Source: an uncultured Verrucomicrobiae bacterium
GTDB lineage: Bacteria > Verrucomicrobiota > Verrucomicrobiia > Chthoniobacterales > JAATET01
Assembly: GCA_963719495.1 (NCBI GenBank)
Contig: CAVRCI010000002.1
Coordinates: 224,001 to 288,000 of the forward strand
Direction of reading: 5' to 3'
Length of the DNA: 64,000 bases
Each line of letters opens with the position of its first letter. Positions within the stretch are counted from its first letter, which is position 1. Under the pieces are notes generated by a model. The model worked only from the letters and a program-made list of their open reading frames with translations, made no database searches and was not told where the DNA came from. Shown here in pieces: positions 35,240 through 44,726 of the stretch. The position numbers and the translations under genes are program-made.

Positions 35240-36150
35240 GCGCCGAATTCGGTTCGCCAGCGGTCGGCGGCTTCGACGATGTCGGACGCTTCTCGCTTGG
35301 GATGGAGTTCGATCACCCAGGGAATGTCCTTCGGAAAATGCGGCACGAGGGCGTGGTAGTCGATTTCGCCGGAAAAGGGAACCCGGTGATCTTCGAGCGG
35401 CCACTGGGCGTCGTGGAGGTGGCAGCCGATGGCCCGGGAGCCGATGGTGCGCAGCCAGGTTTCGTGGTCGAGGAAGGAGAGGTTTTCCTTCCGCTGGGCG
35501 TGGCCGAAGTCGTGCCAGTAGCCGCAGGTGGGGCCGAGTTCGTCGAGGAAGGCGGGGAATTCGCGTTCGGAGGGGATGGCTTCGTAGCTGTCGCGGTTTT
35601 CGATGCCGAGGCGGATGCCGCGCTCGCCGGCGTAGTCGACGACGGGCTTGAGGGCTTCGAGGACGCGGCGGGTGGATTCGAGGGAGAGGGACTCGCGCTC
35701 GAGGACGCCTTTGAGTTTCGTTTCGGCGTAGGACTTTTTGAGGTAATCGCCGGCGTGAACCATCTTGCCGAGGCCGCGGGTGAAGCCCTTCATTTTGCTG
35801 ACGGAACCGGAGTGGATGACGATGCGGGTGGCGCCCACGCGTTGGGCGTAGTCGATGGTCTGGAGCGACATCTTGATGGCGCGCTGGCGGACTTCGTCGC
35901 GGGAGGAACTGAATTCGTAGCAGTCGGGCGAGTCGGTCATGACCTCGACCGGCTGGGGGCAGAAGTTGTGCAGGCTGGTGAAGGTGACTCCGCCGCGCTC
36001 GGCGAATTTGAGAATGCCTTCCATCATGGAGACGTTGAGGCCGTGGCTGAGCTCGATGTGGTCGAATCCGAGGTCGACGATTTCCTGGAGCATCGTATCG
36101 CCGTCGGTGTGGCGGCTGGAATTCCAGCAGGTGGAGAGGGCGAGGGTCAT
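35236..36150 (-). CDS. Sugar-phosphate isomerase/epimerase, xylose isomerase-like TIM barrel
   Basis: LGFDHIEL, SLHNFCP, IVIHSG, LGIENR, WHDFGHA, HLHD, DHRVP..GEID, VIE. Confidence 0.88.
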   Translation of the reverse strand: MTLALSTCWNSSRHTDGDTMLQEIVDLGFDHIELSHGLNVSMMEGILKFAERGGVTFTSLHNFCPQPVEVMTDSPDCYEFSSSRDEVRQRAIKMSLQTIDYAQRVGATRIVIHSGSVSKMKGFTRGLGKMVHAGDYLKKSYAETKLKGVLERESLSLESTRRVLEALKPVVDYAGERGIRLGIENRDSYEAIPSEREFPAFLDELGPTCGYWHDFGHAQRKENLSFLDHETWLRTIGSRAIGCHLHDAQWPLEDHRVPFSGEIDYHALVPHFPKDIPWVIELHPKREASDIVEAADRWRTEFGA

Positions 36151-36154
36151 GGTG

Positions 36155-36186
36155 GGTCGGAAGGTCGGAAGGTCGGAAGGTTGGGA
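36155..36186 (+). repeat. Octamer tandem array, GGTCGGAA x3 plus one variant
   Basis: ggtcggaa ggtcggaa ggtcggaa ggttggga, lying 4 nt upstream of the minus-strand ATG at 36150. Confidence 0.8.
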
Positions 36187-36200
36187 GTCTTTTGGTCTGG

Positions 36201-37460
36201 CTAGAGCGATGGGATCTGTTTGGCGGCGGATTCGCCTGAGGCCATGGCGGATTCGATGCTGCAGGATTGGATTTGGTCGCCGGTCAGGATGACGTTGGCT
36301 GGTTTTGGTGGATTGGGGAAATTTGCTGCGTAGCCGGGGGGTTGGATGGGTTGGGCGTAGGGGACGTGGGTGGTGTGGATCGGGGTGAGGGCTCCGATCG
36401 CTTCGGGGAAAATGGTTTCGATCTCGGTGCGGGCGGCGGCGGTGAGGGCGGTGTCGTCGAGGCCGCGGCGGTCGAGGAGGGTGGCGCTGATGAGGTGCTG
36501 GCCGTCGGGGGCCAGTTCGGGTGCGACGTTGGTGAGTTGGACGAGGTGGCGGACGAGCCGGTTGGGGCCGGCCGGGAGGACGAGGAGGGCTCCGGTGTAG
36601 AGGGGGCGGGTCGAACGGAAGTAAACCGCGGTGACGCCGCGGGCGGGACGGGCTTCGGTGGGGTCGAGGCCGAGGAGGTGGCGGGTGGCGGGTTCGTCGG
36701 TGGCGAGGAGAATGGCGTCGGCGGGGAGAGATTCGCCTGCGGTGGTGATGGCGGCGGTGGCTTGGTTGCCGGAGACTTCGAGGCGGTCGATTCGGGTCTC
36801 GAGGCGGACGCGGGTGGAGGGAAGGGATTCGGCGAGTTGGCGGGGGATTTCGCCGATGCCTCGGGCCGGGATGAGCGCGCGTCCGGTGGCGAATTTTTTA
36901 AGGTAATAACAGAAGAGGCTCGCGGACGTCCCGAGGTCGTTGTCGAGGAAGACGCCGCCGAAGAACGGTTGGGCGAAGCGGCGAACGAACGTTTCCGAGA
37001 AGCCGAGTCGGGTGAGGAGTTCGGCGGTGGACCCGTCGCTGGTCGAAGCGCCGCGGGCCAGGATGGCGTCGTCGGAGTGGACGATGGTGCTGGCGAGCAG
37101 GGCCGTGAGGTGGAGCTTGTCGGCGAAGGGGAGCGCCGGGTCGAGGGCGGCGGAGAGTGCGCCGGTCGGGTGACGCAGGGGATGGAGGATCCGGAAGAAG
37201 TCGCCGTCGTCGTGCAGGAGAGCACCGGAGTCGAAGTAGCGGGGACGGAGGCCGGGGATGTCGAGGTGCCGTCGGGCGGTCGGGTAGGAATCGAGGAGGA
37301 CCTGGAAGCCGCGGTCGAGTCGGTAACCTTCGATCTCGTCGGTGCGCACGCGGCCCCCGGGGGCGTCGGCGGCGTCGACGAGGAGGTATTCTTCGCCGGC
37401 GGCTTGGAGGGTTTTGGCCGCGACCAGTCCGGCGAGTCCGGCTCCGACAATGAGAATCAT
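36201..37460 (-). CDS. FAD-dependent oxidoreductase (amine oxidase / phytoene desaturase family)
   Basis: IVGAGLAGL, GGRVRTD...GY.LDRGFQVL..SYP, C-terminal GD....SIESAMASG. Confidence 0.9.
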   Translation of the reverse strand: MILIVGAGLAGLVAAKTLQAAGEEYLLVDAADAPGGRVRTDEIEGYRLDRGFQVLLDSYPTARRHLDIPGLRPRYFDSGALLHDDGDFFRILHPLRHPTGALSAALDPALPFADKLHLTALLASTIVHSDDAILARGASTSDGSTAELLTRLGFSETFVRRFAQPFFGGVFLDNDLGTSASLFCYYLKKFATGRALIPARGIGEIPRQLAESLPSTRVRLETRIDRLEVSGNQATAAITTAGESLPADAILLATDEPATRHLLGLDPTEARPARGVTAVYFRSTRPLYTGALLVLPAGPNRLVRHLVQLTNVAPELAPDGQHLISATLLDRRGLDDTALTAAARTEIETIFPEAIGALTPIHTTHVPYAQPIQPPGYAANFPNPPKPANVILTGDQIQSCSIESAMASGESAAKQIPSL

Positions 37461-37640
37461 TGCGACGACGGTATTGAGCTGGGCGGGAGGGACAAGCGGG
37501 AAGTGGGCGCACGGGACGCCTGTTGGTCATTCCGCAGGGCGCACCTTGCCTTTGACCGGCCGCCCGTGTAGCTGTGTCGCGATGGTTGGCTGGAACAAGC
37601 GCAAAATTCAGAGAGAGGCGCGTGAGTGGGTTTGAAAGGC

Positions 37641-38342
37641 ATGTTCCGGATCTTCAAGCGGGAGCCTCGCGCCGAGGTGCCGTTGCCGACGGGGCCGGTG
37701 CGAGTGGTCATTTTCGATTTTGACGGAACGCTGGCCGATACGTTCCGAGCGGGGTTCGAGATTCTCAACGAACTGGCGGAAGAATATGGGTATCGCCCTC
37801 TGCGTGAGGAGGATATCGAAGGGGCTAGAGATTTTTCGACTCGGGGATTGATGCGGCATTTGGGAGTCAAGGCACGGAAATTGCCGGCGATATCGCGTCA
37901 GGGCGTGAAGCGCTTGCGGACGCGAATTCATTCGATTCAGCCGCTACCCGGCGTCCCGGAAATGCTGCGAACGTTGCGCGATCGGGGGATTCGGTTGGGG
38001 GTGGTGACTTCGAATTCCGAAGAGAACGTTGGGATCTTTGCGAAGAATCACGGATTGGAGGTGTTCGAGTTCGTGCGGAGCGCGTCGCGGCTGATGGGGA
38101 AGGGACGCGAGATTCGGCAGGTGATGCGGACGCAAGGTTTTGGGATCGAGGATGCGCTTTACGTCGGCGACGAGACGCGGGACATCGAGGCGTGTCGGAC
38201 GGTGGGGATGAGGTGCGCGGCGGTGACGTGGGGATACAACTCTCGACGAGCATTGGAGGAGCAGGTTCCCTATTGCCTGCTGGACAGCCCGGCGGAATTG
38301 CTGACGCTCATCGACTCGCTCACCAGCCCCGAAAAATCATGA
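37641..38342 (+). CDS. HAD-family hydrolase (phosphoglycolate phosphatase-like)
   Basis: IFDFDGTLADT, VVTSN, K, YVGDETRD, VTWGYNS. Confidence 0.92.
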   Translation: MFRIFKREPRAEVPLPTGPVRVVIFDFDGTLADTFRAGFEILNELAEEYGYRPLREEDIEGARDFSTRGLMRHLGVKARKLPAISRQGVKRLRTRIHSIQPLPGVPEMLRTLRDRGIRLGVVTSNSEENVGIFAKNHGLEVFEFVRSASRLMGKGREIRQVMRTQGFGIEDALYVGDETRDIEACRTVGMRCAAVTWGYNSRRALEEQVPYCLLDSPAELLTLIDSLTSPEKS

Positions 38343-38983
38343 AAATCTCCCTTGCCCGCCTCGCTTTCGTCGGAATTGCCCTCGCCGTGACCGGCTGTGG
38401 AACCGTGTATTACTCCTCCCTCGAGAAATTCGGGATCGAGAAGCGTGACCTGTTGGTCGATCGGGTGGAGTCGGCTCGGGACGCTCAGACTCAGACGCAG
38501 GAGACGTTTGCGAGCGCGCTGGAAGCGTTCACCGATTTGACCGGGACGGATGGCGGCGACCTCGAGCGGACCTACGACCGACTGAATGCGGCCTACGAGG
38601 CGAGTCGGAGTTCGGCGAAGCGGGTGTCGGATCGGATCGACTCGGTCGAAGACGTGGCGGAAGCGCTGTTTCGCGAGTGGAAGGGGGAGCTGGGGGACTA
38701 CAGCAACGAAAGCTTGCGGCGGCAGAGCGAGCGGCAGTTGGCTGAGACGAGGTCGAGTTACGCCGAGATGATGCGGAAGATGCGGCGGGCGGAGGCGAGC
38801 ATGTCGCCGGTGCTGGAAGCGTTCGAGGATCAGGTGCTCTTTCTGAAGCACAACCTCAACGCCCGCGTGATCGCGGGACTCGACTCGGAGGTTCGTTCGA
38901 TTCGCGGTCAGGTGGACGCGCTGATTCGCGAGATGGAAGTCTCGGTTGCCGAGGCGAACGCGTTCATTGCGCGGATGCGCTGA
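38339..38983 (+). CDS. DUF2959-like lipoprotein
   Basis: Lipobox VTGC; YY..LEK.G.EKRDLLVDRV..ARD.Q; LF.EW..EL; DQVLFLKHNLNA; ATGA overlap with the HAD gene. Confidence 0.85.
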   Translation: MKISLARLAFVGIALAVTGCGTVYYSSLEKFGIEKRDLLVDRVESARDAQTQTQETFASALEAFTDLTGTDGGDLERTYDRLNAAYEASRSSAKRVSDRIDSVEDVAEALFREWKGELGDYSNESLRRQSERQLAETRSSYAEMMRKMRRAEASMSPVLEAFEDQVLFLKHNLNARVIAGLDSEVRSIRGQVDALIREMEVSVAEANAFIARMR

Positions 38984-39010
38984 GGGTGAGGCGCAAGCCC
39001 GAAGGTTGGC

Positions 39011-39589
39011 TCAGTCTTCGGGTGGGCCGACGATTTTTTTGAGCTTCATCATGCCGCGGCGGATGCGGGCTTTGACGGTGCCGAGGGGCTCCTCGAGCTG
39101 CTCGGCGATTTCGTTTTGCGTGAGGCCTTTGAAGTAGGCCATTTCGATGACGGTGCGCTGCTCGGGGCTGAGCTTGCCGACGGCCTCGCGGACCATGTCG
39201 CCCTGCTCGAAGGCGTCGACGTCATCGGATGGGGCTCGGTTGTTGACCGTGTCTTCGGGGAGTTGCTCCTTGCCGGCTTCTTCGCGGAGGCGAAAGCGGC
39301 GTTGGTGCGAGCGAATCCGGTCGATCGCCTTGTTTCGGGTCATCGTGACCGCCCACGTGAGCGGCTTGCCGCGGGCCGGGTCGTACATTGCGGCCTTGTC
39401 CCAGATCATGACGAAGACTTCCTGGGCGACATCCTCGGCGTCGGTTGCGGAATTGAGGACGCGGAGCGCGGTCGAGAAGATGATGCCCGCGTAGCGGTCG
39501 TAGAACGTGGCGAACGCGTCGCGGTCCCCCCGACCGACTTGTTGAAGCAGGGCGATTTCTTCGGACTTTTCGAAGCGTTCAGCGGCCAC
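39011..39589 (-). CDS. ECF-family RNA polymerase sigma factor (SigK-like)
   Basis: GDRDAF..FYDRY, DAEDVAQEVF..IW, W....RNKAIDR.R, L.PEQR...MAYF.GLTQ.EIA..L..PLGTVKARIRRG. Confidence 0.95.
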   Translation of the reverse strand: MAAERFEKSEEIALLQQVGRGDRDAFATFYDRYAGIIFSTALRVLNSATDAEDVAQEVFVMIWDKAAMYDPARGKPLTWAVTMTRNKAIDRIRSHQRRFRLREEAGKEQLPEDTVNNRAPSDDVDAFEQGDMVREAVGKLSPEQRTVIEMAYFKGLTQNEIAEQLEEPLGTVKARIRRGMMKLKKIVGPPED

Positions 39590-39687
39590 GGCAGACTCCC
39601 ATGGGCCTTAACATGACGCGAAATCCGGAAAGTGCGAGCTTGGTATTAGAAAAATTAATAGCGAAACGATTTCCGGGGATGGTGGGA

Positions 39688-40962
39688 TCAGGCGGCGAGC
39701 GCGGCGACGGCGACTTCGGCGGTGCGGGTCATGTCCGCGTCCGTGTGGGCGAGCGAGATGAAGCCCGCTTCGAATTGGGACGGGGCGAAGTAGACGCCGG
39801 CTTCGAGGCAGGCGTGGAAGAAGCGGTTGAAGGCTGGTTTGTCGCAGCGCATGGCGTCGTCGAGGTTGCGGATGGGGCCGGGGTGGAAAAAGAGGCAGAA
39901 CATCGAGCCGATGCGGTGAAACGTGAGCGGTTTGCCCGCGATGGCCGAGCGGACGGCGGCTTCGAACGTCGCGCCGATTTTCTCCAGCTGATTCCAGCCG
40001 TCGACGCGTTCCATTTCCCGCAATTGCGCGAGGCCCGCGGCGAGGGCGAGGGGATTTCCCGACAGGGTGCCCGCTTGGTAGACGGGGCCGTCCGGGGACA
40101 GGTGATCCATGATGTCGGCGCGGCCACCGAAGGCTCCAACGGGCAGGCCGCCGCCGATGACCTTGCCCATGGCGGTGAGGTCGGGGCGGATGCCGCAGAT
40201 CTCCTGGTAGCCGCCCGGGGCGACGCGGAAACCGGTCATCACCTCGTCGAAAATGAGGAGCGTGCCCGATTCGTCGCAGAGGGTGCGGAGCGTTTCGAGG
40301 AAGCCGGGCTCCGGCAGGTAGAGGCCCGCGTTCGCCGGGATCGGTTCGATGATGACGGCGGCAATGTCGCGGCCTTCGCGCTGAAAGACGGCGCGGAGGG
40401 CGTCGGGGTCATTGTAAGGGACGGTGGTGGTGAGTTCGGCGAGGGCGGCGGGGACGCCGGCGCTGTCGGGTTGGCCGTGGGTGAGGGCGCCGGAACCGGC
40501 TTTCACGAGCAGCGAGTCGACGTGGCCGTGGTAGCAGCCCTCGAACTTGAGAATCCGGTCGCGACCGGTGAAGCCGCGGGCGAGCCGCAGGCAGCTCATC
40601 GTCGCTTCGGTGCCGCTGTTGACCATCCGGACTTTTTCGACCGACGGGACGAGACGGGTGATGGTGCGGGCCATTTCGACCTCGAGCGGGTTGGGGATAC
40701 CGAAGGACGTGCCACGGGTCGCGGTCTGCTGGACCGCTTCGACGACGACGGCGGGCGCGTGGCCGAGGATCGCGGGTCCCCAGGTGCCGACGTAGTCGAT
40801 GTATTCGTTGCCATCCACGTCACGCACGCGGCAGCCGGAGGCGGATTCGGCGAAAAACGGCTCGCCGCCGACCGAGCGGAAGGCGCGGACCGGGGAATTG
40901 ACGCCACCGGGGATGTGGGCGAGGGCGGCGGCGAAGAGTTCGCGGGATTTGGCGTTATTCAT
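39688..40962 (-). CDS. hemL: Glutamate-1-semialdehyde 2,1-aminomutase
   Basis: IPGGVNSPVRAF, NSGTEATMS, KFEGCYHGH.D, FDEVMTGFR, GKVIGGGLP.GA, YQAGTLSGNP. Confidence 0.98.
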   Translation of the reverse strand: MNNAKSRELFAAALAHIPGGVNSPVRAFRSVGGEPFFAESASGCRVRDVDGNEYIDYVGTWGPAILGHAPAVVVEAVQQTATRGTSFGIPNPLEVEMARTITRLVPSVEKVRMVNSGTEATMSCLRLARGFTGRDRILKFEGCYHGHVDSLLVKAGSGALTHGQPDSAGVPAALAELTTTVPYNDPDALRAVFQREGRDIAAVIIEPIPANAGLYLPEPGFLETLRTLCDESGTLLIFDEVMTGFRVAPGGYQEICGIRPDLTAMGKVIGGGLPVGAFGGRADIMDHLSPDGPVYQAGTLSGNPLALAAGLAQLREMERVDGWNQLEKIGATFEAAVRSAIAGKPLTFHRIGSMFCLFFHPGPIRNLDDAMRCDKPAFNRFFHACLEAGVYFAPSQFEAGFISLAHTDADMTRTAEVAVAALAA

Positions 40963-41176
40963 CGAACGGAATGACTTCGAGGTTGGGAATGTGGTTGAAA
41001 TGGCGGTCGGTCGTCAGCACTGGAACGCGTGAGCGGACGGCGCACGAGGCGATGAGAATGTCCTGGGCGGGAAGGGTGATGCCAGAACGGTCGAGGGTCC
41101 AGGCAAGATCGGTCGCGAGCGCCCGGACTCGGTGGTCGATCACGAGATTGCACGAGACGTCGAAGAAAGCCGCCAA
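40955..41176 (-). pseudogene. PIN/VapC-domain C-terminal fragment
   Basis: A..LAW.L.RSG.TLP..DILIA.CA......VLT.DRHF..IP; the in-frame upstream sequence has no N-terminal D[TS] motif and no antitoxin gene is adjacent. Confidence 0.7.
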
Positions 41177-41299
41177 GCCAGCGAATGACGGGATGGGGAA
41201 AAGTTTTGCGGAGCAAACCTCGCTCGTCGCCGGTTCACGATGCAGAGACTCACGATGCCGAGGCTTGCTTTCGTTGGTGGGGCCTAATAGTGGAGATCC

Positions 41300-42796
41300 A
41301 TGCCGACGCGAAACGCTGGATTACCGGAATTTCTGAGGGATTCCGAGCGTCGGATTCGGGGGCGGCGGGCGCGGTTGGCCTTGCTGGCGGGCGGGGGCGT
41401 GGTGGGTGGCGTCTTTGGAATTTCGCTACTGGTGCTGGCGCTGGGCGGTGGGTTCCCCGGGCGGTTGGTGGTGATCGCGGGGTTGGTCGGATTCGTTTTG
41501 GGGCTCGTGGGGGCTTGGTTTTGGCGGGTCGCGCGGTCGGAGGCGGCGCGGGGTGTGGATCGGGAATTGGGTTTGCCGGACTCGGTGATCAGCGCGCACG
41601 AGCTGGCGGAGACGGCGGTGCCGGACGTCTGGCGGGAGCGGCAATTGACGGATACCCTGGGGCGACTGGGGAACGACTGGTCGCGGACGGAGGCGCGGGC
41701 TTGGACCGGACCGGCGCTCACGGCGGCGGGGGTGTTCGTGCTTGGGGCGGTGCTGTGGTCGCAGAGCGGGCCGCGGGTCGACCCGGTGGAGTTGGCGGCG
41801 CGGGAGGCGTTCGCCGAGGATTCGAAGGAGCTCGAGACGTTGTTTGCGGATTGGGAGGAGGCGGCGGAATTGATGAACGATCCGGAATTCGAACGGTTGC
41901 TGCGGGATCTCGAGCCGCTGCGGGAGAAGCTGGCGGAGGGCGAGGTGCCGAGGAAGGAGGTGTTCCTGGAGATCGGGCGGCTGGAAGAGCGGCTGGAGGC
42001 GATGCGGGCGCAGGTGGCGGCGCAGTCGTTGGAGCCATTTGCGGCCGAGTTGGCGGAAGCGCTGGAGCAGGCCCCGGAGACGCAGGCGCTGGGTCGGGAG
42101 TTGCGGAAAGAGGATTTTGCGGCGGCTGGGGCGGAGGCCGAACGGGCGGCGGCGGACGCTCCGAAGTCGCTGTCGGCGGCGGCGGGGAACGCGGCGAGAC
42201 AGATGACGAAGGTGTCGAACTCGTTGGGCGAGGCCGGTCGGGAGCGGGCGGCGAAGGCGATGGAATCGATGGCCGCGGCGGCGCGGAGCGGGGACGGCGA
42301 GAAGATGAAAAAGGCGCTCGAGGAGCTGGGGCAGTGTCTGGCGCAGCAGTCGGCGCGGCAGAGCAAGGGGAAGTGTCTGGCGCTGCAGCTCGGTCAGCTC
42401 GGGATGTGCAAGAGTGGTCTGGCGAACGGGAAGTCACTCGCCGCGTGCCTGTCGATGATGCCGAAGCTGGCGGCGACCGTGTCGCAGACCTCGTCGCAAT
42501 CGGCGGGGAAGGGATCGAATTTATTGCGTCAGGGTGCGGAGACGGCGGCGCTGGCTCCGCTGTTGGCGGAGACGGTGAGCGGGACGATGGATTCTTCCGG
42601 CGAGAGCGAGACGACGTTGGAATCGACCTCGGACGCGCCCCGGCAGGGAACGGCAAGCCGGCGGGGAGCGGATCTGGCGGCGTATCAAGCGATGTCGGAG
42701 GAGGCGATCGAGGACGAGGCAATCCCGCTGGCGCACCGGACGACGGTGCGGCGGTATTTCGAGGCGATTCGCACGGACCTGGAGGTGACGCCGTGA
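41300..42796 (+). CDS. Membrane-anchored coiled-coil protein of the MoxR operon
   Basis: About three N-terminal TM segments, long E/A/L/R-rich helices, C-terminal EAIPLAHR..VRRYFEAI; GTGA overlap with moxR. Confidence 0.8.
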   Translation: MPTRNAGLPEFLRDSERRIRGRRARLALLAGGGVVGGVFGISLLVLALGGGFPGRLVVIAGLVGFVLGLVGAWFWRVARSEAARGVDRELGLPDSVISAHELAETAVPDVWRERQLTDTLGRLGNDWSRTEARAWTGPALTAAGVFVLGAVLWSQSGPRVDPVELAAREAFAEDSKELETLFADWEEAAELMNDPEFERLLRDLEPLREKLAEGEVPRKEVFLEIGRLEERLEAMRAQVAAQSLEPFAAELAEALEQAPETQALGRELRKEDFAAAGAEAERAAADAPKSLSAAAGNAARQMTKVSNSLGEAGRERAAKAMESMAAAARSGDGEKMKKALEELGQCLAQQSARQSKGKCLALQLGQLGMCKSGLANGKSLAACLSMMPKLAATVSQTSSQSAGKGSNLLRQGAETAALAPLLAETVSGTMDSSGESETTLESTSDAPRQGTASRRGADLAAYQAMSEEAIEDEAIPLAHRTTVRRYFEAIRTDLEVTP

Positions 42797-43791
42797 GCCC
42801 GGATGATCCGAATGGCGTCGCGGAATTTCGCGAGAAGTTCGCAGGCCTCCGCGGGGCGGTTCAGCGCTTTATCGTGGGGCAGGAGGAGATCGTCGAGGGC
42901 GTCCTCATCGCGATCATCGCGGGGGGGCACGTTCTTTTGGAAGGCGTGCCGGGGTTGGGGAAAACGATGCTGGTGCGGTCGATCGCGAGTGCGCTGCGGC
43001 TGAACTTCCAGCGGATTCAATTCACTCCGGATCTGATGCCGGCGGATCTCATCGGGACGAACATTCTGGTGGACGACGGGCACGGGCACTCGCGGTTCGA
43101 ATTCTCGCAGGGGCCGATCTTCTGCAATCTCCTGCTGGGGGATGAGATCAATCGCGCGACGCCGAAGACGCAGAGCGCGCTGCTCGAGGCGATGCAGGAG
43201 CGGACGGTGACGGTGGCGGGTCAGACGCGGCCGCTCACTCGGCCGTTCTTCGTGCTCGCGACGCAGAATCCGCTCGAGATGGAGGGGACGTATCCGCTGC
43301 CGGAGGCGCAGTTGGACCGATTTTTCTTCAAGCTGCGGGTGCCGTATCCGTCGATGGACGAATTCGAGGAGATTCTGCGGCGGACGACGGAGGGCGAGCC
43401 GCCGGAGTTGGAGCCGGTCTTCGACGGGGGCGATCTGATCAAAATGGGGGACTTCGCGCGGGCGGTGCCGATCGCGCCCACGCTGCGGCGGCGGGCGGCG
43501 GAGCTGGTGATGTCGACGCACCCGGAGACGGCGGAGGCCCCGGAGGAGGTGAAGCGTTTCGTGCGCTACGGGGCGAGTCCGCGGGCGGGTCAGGCCCTCA
43601 TCCTGGCGGCGAAGGTGCGGGCGGTGCTGGCGGGTCGGTTTCACGTCGCGGGCGAGGATTTGCTGGCTTCGGCGCTGCCGGTCTTGCGTCACCGGATGAT
43701 GTTGAATTTCGAGGCACAGGCGGACGGGGTGGACACCGACGAGGTGCTGGGCCGTATCGCCGAGCGGTTGCGGCGGACGTGGTCGGAGTAG
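42793..43791 (+). CDS. MoxR-family AAA+ ATPase
   Basis: HVLLEGVPGLGKT, RIQFTPDLMPAD, DEINRATPKTQSALLEAMQE, ATQNPLEMEGTYPLPEAQLDRF, GASPRA. Confidence 0.97.
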   Translation: MSPDDPNGVAEFREKFAGLRGAVQRFIVGQEEIVEGVLIAIIAGGHVLLEGVPGLGKTMLVRSIASALRLNFQRIQFTPDLMPADLIGTNILVDDGHGHSRFEFSQGPIFCNLLLGDEINRATPKTQSALLEAMQERTVTVAGQTRPLTRPFFVLATQNPLEMEGTYPLPEAQLDRFFFKLRVPYPSMDEFEEILRRTTEGEPPELEPVFDGGDLIKMGDFARAVPIAPTLRRRAAELVMSTHPETAEAPEEVKRFVRYGASPRAGQALILAAKVRAVLAGRFHVAGEDLLASALPVLRHRMMLNFEAQADGVDTDEVLGRIAERLRRTWSE

Positions 43792-43825
43792 GTTCGTTCG
43801 CCGCGACGTTGCCCCCGAATTGCCG

Positions 43826-44725
43826 ATGATCGCGACGGACCCCGAGGCGTTGTTCGACGCGGAGACGCTGCGGAAATTCGAGAAGGTTGCGCTGGCGGCG
43901 CGTCAGATCGTGCGGGGTCGGCAGAGGGCCGAGCGGAAGAGCCATCAGCGCGGAGCGAGCGTGGAATTCGCGGAATACCGGCCGTTCGTGAGCGGCGACG
44001 ATTGGCGTTACATCGATTGGAACGCCTTCGCGCGGTGGCGGACGTTGGTGCTCAAATTGTTCGTCGAGGAGGAGGATCTGCACGTGCATCTTCTGCTGGA
44101 CGCGACGGGTTCGATGGATTGGGGCGAGCCGGTGAAGTTCGACCAGGCGCGGCGGGTCGTGGCGGGACTGGCTTACCTGGCGCTGGCGAATCTGGACCGG
44201 GCGGCGGTGGTGCCGTTGGGGAGTGGGGACGGGCGGGCGAGGGCGTTGCCGCCGATCCGGGGGCGGGAGCGGTTCGCCGGGATCGTGCGGTTTCTGGCGG
44301 AGTGTCCGGTGAGCGCCGAGCGGGTGGAGCTGGCGGCGGCGGTGCGGCGGTGGCTGGCGACTCGACCGAAGCGGGGATTGGTGATCTGGGTGACGGATCT
44401 GTTTGGCGCGACGCTCGACGATGGATTGGCGGCGCTGGACCGGCTGCGCTACGCGCGGCAGGAGGTCGCGGTGATCCAGCTGGTGGACGCGTCGGAGACG
44501 ATGGTGGCGGGGCGGGGGGAATTCGAATACGAGGATTGCGAGACCGGGGCGCGGCGGCGGGTCGTGGTGGACGCGGCGGCGGCGCGGCAGTATCGCGAGC
44601 GTTACGAGGCCTACGAGGCGCGGGTGGCGGCCTACGGGAAGAAGTATCAGGTGCCGATCCTGCGCGTGCGGACGACGACGGACGTGGCGGAGGTGCTCAC
44701 GCAAACGCTGGAATGGAGGCGCTGA
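43826..44725 (+). CDS. DUF58 domain protein
   Basis: G.R.S..RG.SVEFAEYR....GDD.R.IDW...AR...L..K.F.EE, LLDATGSM, TDL. Confidence 0.93.
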   Translation: MIATDPEALFDAETLRKFEKVALAARQIVRGRQRAERKSHQRGASVEFAEYRPFVSGDDWRYIDWNAFARWRTLVLKLFVEEEDLHVHLLLDATGSMDWGEPVKFDQARRVVAGLAYLALANLDRAAVVPLGSGDGRARALPPIRGRERFAGIVRFLAECPVSAERVELAAAVRRWLATRPKRGLVIWVTDLFGATLDDGLAALDRLRYARQEVAVIQLVDASETMVAGRGEFEYEDCETGARRRVVVDAAAARQYRERYEAYEARVAAYGKKYQVPILRVRTTTDVAEVLTQTLEWRR

Positions 44726-44726
44726 C

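Noticed and set aside
41185..43791. 868-aa N-terminally extended MoxR
   Set aside because: The extension is G/A/R-rich shadow translation overlapping the real 41300-42796 gene; MoxR starts at GTG 42793 with a GTGA overlap.
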